In this document: positions 60,502 through 64,000 of the stretch, piece after piece
How positions within the stretch are numbered: the stretch's first letter is position 1
How the letters are laid out: each line of letters starts with the position of its first letter
Assembly: GCA_963809895.1 (NCBI GenBank)
Contig: CAWELD010000003.1
Coordinates: 1 to 64,000, forward strand
Origin: an uncultured Gemmatimonadales bacterium
Lineage (GTDB): Bacteria; Gemmatimonadota; Gemmatimonadetes; Longimicrobiales; Gaopeijiaceae
Reading direction: 5' to 3'
DNA: 64,000 nucleotides
Notes under the pieces: model-generated
Databases searched by the model: none
The model's input: only the letters and a program-made list of their open reading frames with translations
Told to the model about the DNA's origin: nothing
Program-made: the position numbers and the translations under genes

Positions 60502-62004
60502 GGCCGATCTCCTGGCGTGGACGGGTCCACGGATGCGGGCAGCCCACCCCGGAGCATGGCGACGAAGGCTCGCATCTCGGAGATGCGAAACTCGCCCGAG
60601 GAGCCAGAACAGCACCGGAATCGCGAACAGGCACAGCGCCAGCCACAGCACGAGCAGGACGCCTCCGTCGGGACCGACGGAGGCCAGCTTCCACGTTGCG
60701 ACGGCGATCCCTGTGGCACGGAGCACGGTGAGGAGCGGGAGTCGCACCCGCCACAGGCCCCATACCAGGCCCAGGCCCAGCAGCGCGGCCGCGACGCTCC
60801 CCGATACGGTCGCCATGGCCGCCCCCCGGGCTCCGTACGGTGGAATGAGCGCGAGGAATCCCGCTCCGGCCACCACCAGCGAAGCCACGGCCAACAGCAC
60901 GATGGAACGCCCTCGATCCATGACGATGAGGACCGAATTGCAGGCGGCGCTCACGATCAGGGCCGGAGCCATGAAGATGAGGACGGCGAGGATGGGGCCC
61001 GCCGCTTCGAAGTGGGTCCCGTACGCCAGCCGGGTGATGGGCGACGACGCGCCGCTCACGACGGCGGCGACCGCCACCAGCACCATCGCCAGCCGCAGGA
61101 AGTCGCGCACCAGGCGGTGGGCGTGCTCGGGATCACCCTGCACGTAGGCTCGGTTCATGCTGGACAGGAGGAGCGGGGCGAACGCCGTGGCCAGCAGGCC
61201 AGGGACCAGCGCCAGCGTCTGCGCCGAGCCGTACAGGCCGGCATCACTCGCCGATCCGCCCAGCGCCTTCAGGGCGAAGAGGTCGAGGCGGGTGGTGAGA
61301 CTCTTGGTGAGTCCCGCCAGGAGGAGCGGAGCTCCGAACGCCAGGAGAGGCCGGACGGGAAATCCAGGGCCGAAGAGAGGAATGCGGGCCCGACGACGGG
61401 CCAGCGCCAGCGTAGCGAGGGATGCCGCGACCGCACCCAGCAAGGCGCCGGACACGCCGAATCCCAGGAGGACCAGCGAGACGATGAAAATCAGCCGCGC
61501 GATCCAGAACCCGGCCCGGGCCAGCGCCCGTGCGCGGAACCGACCCAGGCCCACCAGCACGTGGATGTGCCCCTGGGCCGCCGCCTCCACCGGGAGAGAC
61601 AACGCGAACAGCCGCAGATATCCGGTGAGGGACGGCTCACCCAGTCCAGCGGCGACCCAGGGAGCTCCGAGCGCGACGGCCGCGGCCAGCAGCGACCCGG
61701 CCACCAGGTGAAGGCGCAGGACGGCGGTCGCCACCGGCTTCCAGTCGTCTTCCTGGCTCACGTACTTGATGGCCGCCCGGCTCAGGAGCGAGCCGATGGC
61801 GACCTGGAGGACCATGACGAAGCTGACGGTCAGGGCATAGCGTCCGTAGTCCGCCGTGCCGAGAAGGCGCGTCAGGAAGGCGGCGGTGGCCAGGCCGGAG
61901 GGCAGAGCCATGCCCTCGCCGATCAGGCCCCACATGGTCCCGTCCAGCAGATGCCGGCGCGTCGCCTGTTCCCGCGACGAACCGGACGTGCTGACCCCGG
62001 TCAC
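60498..62004 (-). CDS. Wzx-type oligosaccharide flippase; frameshift near 60595
   Basis: LTRLLGTADYGRY, many TMs, RLDLFAL..AGLYG, LIPPYGARGAAMAT; true tail EFRISEMRAF..DRP-stop in adjacent frame. Confidence 0.85.
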
Positions 62005-62867
62005 ACGCACCACCCCTCGAAGGCCTGACCGGTCATGTGGCGGAGACGTGCCACGTCGTCGGCGAAGAGCTCGAGGAGGCGCGCCCTGATGCGCGGTGGG
62101 ATGGGGTCGGGCTCGACTCTTCGTGAGACGGGCCAGTAGACGATGTCTTCCATCATCCATCCCCACGGAGCCGGGAGTCGGGCGACGGCGCGCATGGGTG
62201 CGGTGCGGGACAGTCGTTCGCCGGCCTCCGTCAGGCGTCGCTTGCGCGCCGATCGATGGCTCCGGCGCCGGAACCAGACGGAGCGGAACGAAGGGTCGAC
62301 GCCCAGGAAGCTGAAGATCTCCTCGAGGGTCTCGACCCGGGCCGCGTCGAGGCGCTCGGATTGCACGACCTGGATCCGGTCCGGAGAGAAGTGCTCCAGG
62401 AAGGGCTCCAACTGGCTGGCGTACAGGCTTCGCACCACGTAGGGCGACGTGACTCCCTCTTCGGCGAGGGCGTCGGCGAGCCCTCGATCCTCGCGGCCGT
62501 CGGCCACGCGGTGGTGGTAATGGGACCGAGTCCGCCGCAAGGGATCCCGGACGACGTAGATGAGTCGGGCGTCGGGGAGGAGCGCCTTCATCCGACGTGC
62601 GGTGTCGGGGAAGCGCTCACGGAAGCTGTACGACGGGGAGGTCTCTCCGCGCACGGGTCGGTCGGAGTCGAACCAGGACCGGTACCAGGCCTCGCCCCGG
62701 TCCCACTCCTTGGTGAAGAAGTCGAGCTCCTTGCGGCGCGACATACCGATGTCGGGGTGACGCGCCAGGTAGCGATGAAGGCTCGTGGTCCCGCACTTCT
62801 GGGCGCCGATGACGACCAGATTGGGCAGGTCCCGGGCGCCGCCGGCGGGGAAGGTCTCGCGCTCCAT
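62001..62867 (-). CDS. Sulfotransferase (heparan-sulfotransferase-like)
   Basis: PNLVVIGAQKCGTTSL, KELDFF, GETSPSY, VRDP..R..S. Confidence 0.92.
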   Translation of the reverse strand: MERETFPAGGARDLPNLVVIGAQKCGTTSLHRYLARHPDIGMSRRKELDFFTKEWDRGEAWYRSWFDSDRPVRGETSPSYSFRERFPDTARRMKALLPDARLIYVVRDPLRRTRSHYHHRVADGREDRGLADALAEEGVTSPYVVRSLYASQLEPFLEHFSPDRIQVVQSERLDAARVETLEEIFSFLGVDPSFRSVWFRRRSHRSARKRRLTEAGERLSRTAPMRAVARLPAPWGWMMEDIVYWPVSRRVEPDPIPPRIRARLLELFADDVARLRHMTGQAFEGWCV

Positions 62868-62933
62868 GGCTGCAGTTTAGCAGGTTGCTCCACGGAGGAC
62901 ACCGTATCGACGATCCCTGGAGAAGGACGACCC

Positions 62934-63926
62934 ATGACAACCTGGGCTCTCACGGGCGCTACCGGCTTCATCGGCCGCCACCTCGTACATCGGCTCCTCG
63001 AGGACGGCGACCAGGTCCGGGCCCTGGTTCGGCCCGAGAGCGAAGGGGCCGAATTGCCCGACGGGGTTCAACGGCTCGTGGTGGCTCTCGACGACGAAGA
63101 CGGGCTCGAAGCGGCGCTCCAGGGGGTCGACGTGGTCGAGCATCTGGCCGCCCCCCGCCGCCAAGTGGTCATGGTGAACGGTCGGCCGATCCGGGCCGGC
63201 GGGCGCCCGGGCGACCCGGCGATCCTGGTGGAGGCATCGGAGCGGCTGGCCCGGGCCGCGGGCCGGGCAGGGGTACGGCGCATGGTCGTCACGAGCTCCA
63301 CTGCCGTCTACGGCCACCCGTGGACGACCGTGCACGAGGAATCGCCTACCGGACCGATCACCGAGTACGGACGCCAGCGGCTCGAGGGAGAGCGCGTCAC
63401 CCGCCAGGCCGCGGATCGGAGCGGACTGGAGCTGGTCGTGGCCCGACTCAGCGAGACGTTCGGTCCCGGAGGCACCTCGCACGCGGCGTTCTTCGGCGCC
63501 GTCGCCGACGGCGGCTTCCGGGTGGTGGGTGGCGGCAGGCAGCGCCACCAGATGGGGTACGTGGAGGACACGGCTCGGGCCCTGGTGGCGTGTGGCCGTG
63601 TGCCGACCGCGGCCGGTCGCATCTACCTGGTCTCGGGCGCCGAATGGTCCTTCCGGGACCTGGTCGAGAGCATGGGGCGGGCCGCGGGCAAGGCGGTCTC
63701 CTTCACGCCCTTCCTCGGTCCGCCGGCCCGTCTGGTGGCTCGGGCGGCCGAGCGTTGGCCGTGGTCCGGCGGGGCCGCGTTGAGTCGGATCCTGGACTAT
63801 CACCTGCGACCGCGCTCGTACGATCTGTCACGGACCCGCGCCGATCTCGGGCTCCCTCCGTCGACGCCCCTGGACCGGGCGGTGGCGGTCACCATGGCGT
63901 GGTATCGCCCCGATGCGGTGGAATGA
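62934..63926 (+). CDS. NAD-dependent epimerase/dehydratase (extended SDR)
   Basis: TGATGFIG, HLAA, SSTAVYG, YGRQR (Lys of YxxxK replaced). Confidence 0.87.
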   Translation: MTTWALTGATGFIGRHLVHRLLEDGDQVRALVRPESEGAELPDGVQRLVVALDDEDGLEAALQGVDVVEHLAAPRRQVVMVNGRPIRAGGRPGDPAILVEASERLARAAGRAGVRRMVVTSSTAVYGHPWTTVHEESPTGPITEYGRQRLEGERVTRQAADRSGLELVVARLSETFGPGGTSHAAFFGAVADGGFRVVGGGRQRHQMGYVEDTARALVACGRVPTAAGRIYLVSGAEWSFRDLVESMGRAAGKAVSFTPFLGPPARLVARAAERWPWSGGAALSRILDYHLRPRSYDLSRTRADLGLPPSTPLDRAVAVTMAWYRPDAVE

Positions 63927-64000
63927 CCGGGGCCCGGGCGGGAAGGGAGCCCCCGGACCGGGTGCTCAGTGCCGCGGTCTGGCGAAGATGCGGGCCCACT

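Noticed and set aside
59647..62166. 839-aa flippase-sulfotransferase fusion in the ORF track
   Set aside because: A frameshift near 60595 explains it: the natural flippase tail stops at 60498 in the adjacent frame and overlaps a GTG start
1..64000. CRISPR array, rRNA, IS transposase or integrase
   Set aside because: No regularly spaced repeats and no recognisable motifs for these found by eye
63966..64000. 3' end of a minus-strand gene at the window edge
   Set aside because: Too short to support any call

Overview
High-GC bacterial DNA. The gene content (many secreted 6-bladed propellers, three VPS10/BNR proteins, DUF222-HNH, PQQ dehydrogenase, a pinensin-type peptide leader) suggests Gemmatimonadota (inference). 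The left ~9 kb holds the most unusual content, a candidate RiPP (ribosomal peptide) locus: ABC exporter (partial), hairpin-less HlyD-type adaptor, minimal cytoplasmic S8 peptidase, beta-propeller lipoprotein, FliB/YkgJ-like Cys-cluster enzyme, a PqqD/RRE-like ORF and a 105-aa precursor whose acidic, 10-Cys core is built of three DWT-containing modules. This block ends at a displaced 3' half of tRNA-Ala(TGC) (8899-8942), the typical attachment scar of an integrated island. A short foreign-looking segment follows (SIR2 stub, HExxH lipoprotein plus partner). The remainder looks like host backbone: ECF sigma/anti-sigma/PDZ operon, TetR and GntR units, hydrolases, MscS, PKD/Ig proteins, a DUF222-HNH gene, a PQQ dehydrogenase/cytochrome c/HupE-NHL cluster, trpB2, acetamidase, YceI and a sulfotransferase/flippase polysaccharide locus. 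About ten single-base frameshifts in otherwise intact genes point to uncorrected long-read errors. All calls come from reading motifs by eye; no searches were run.
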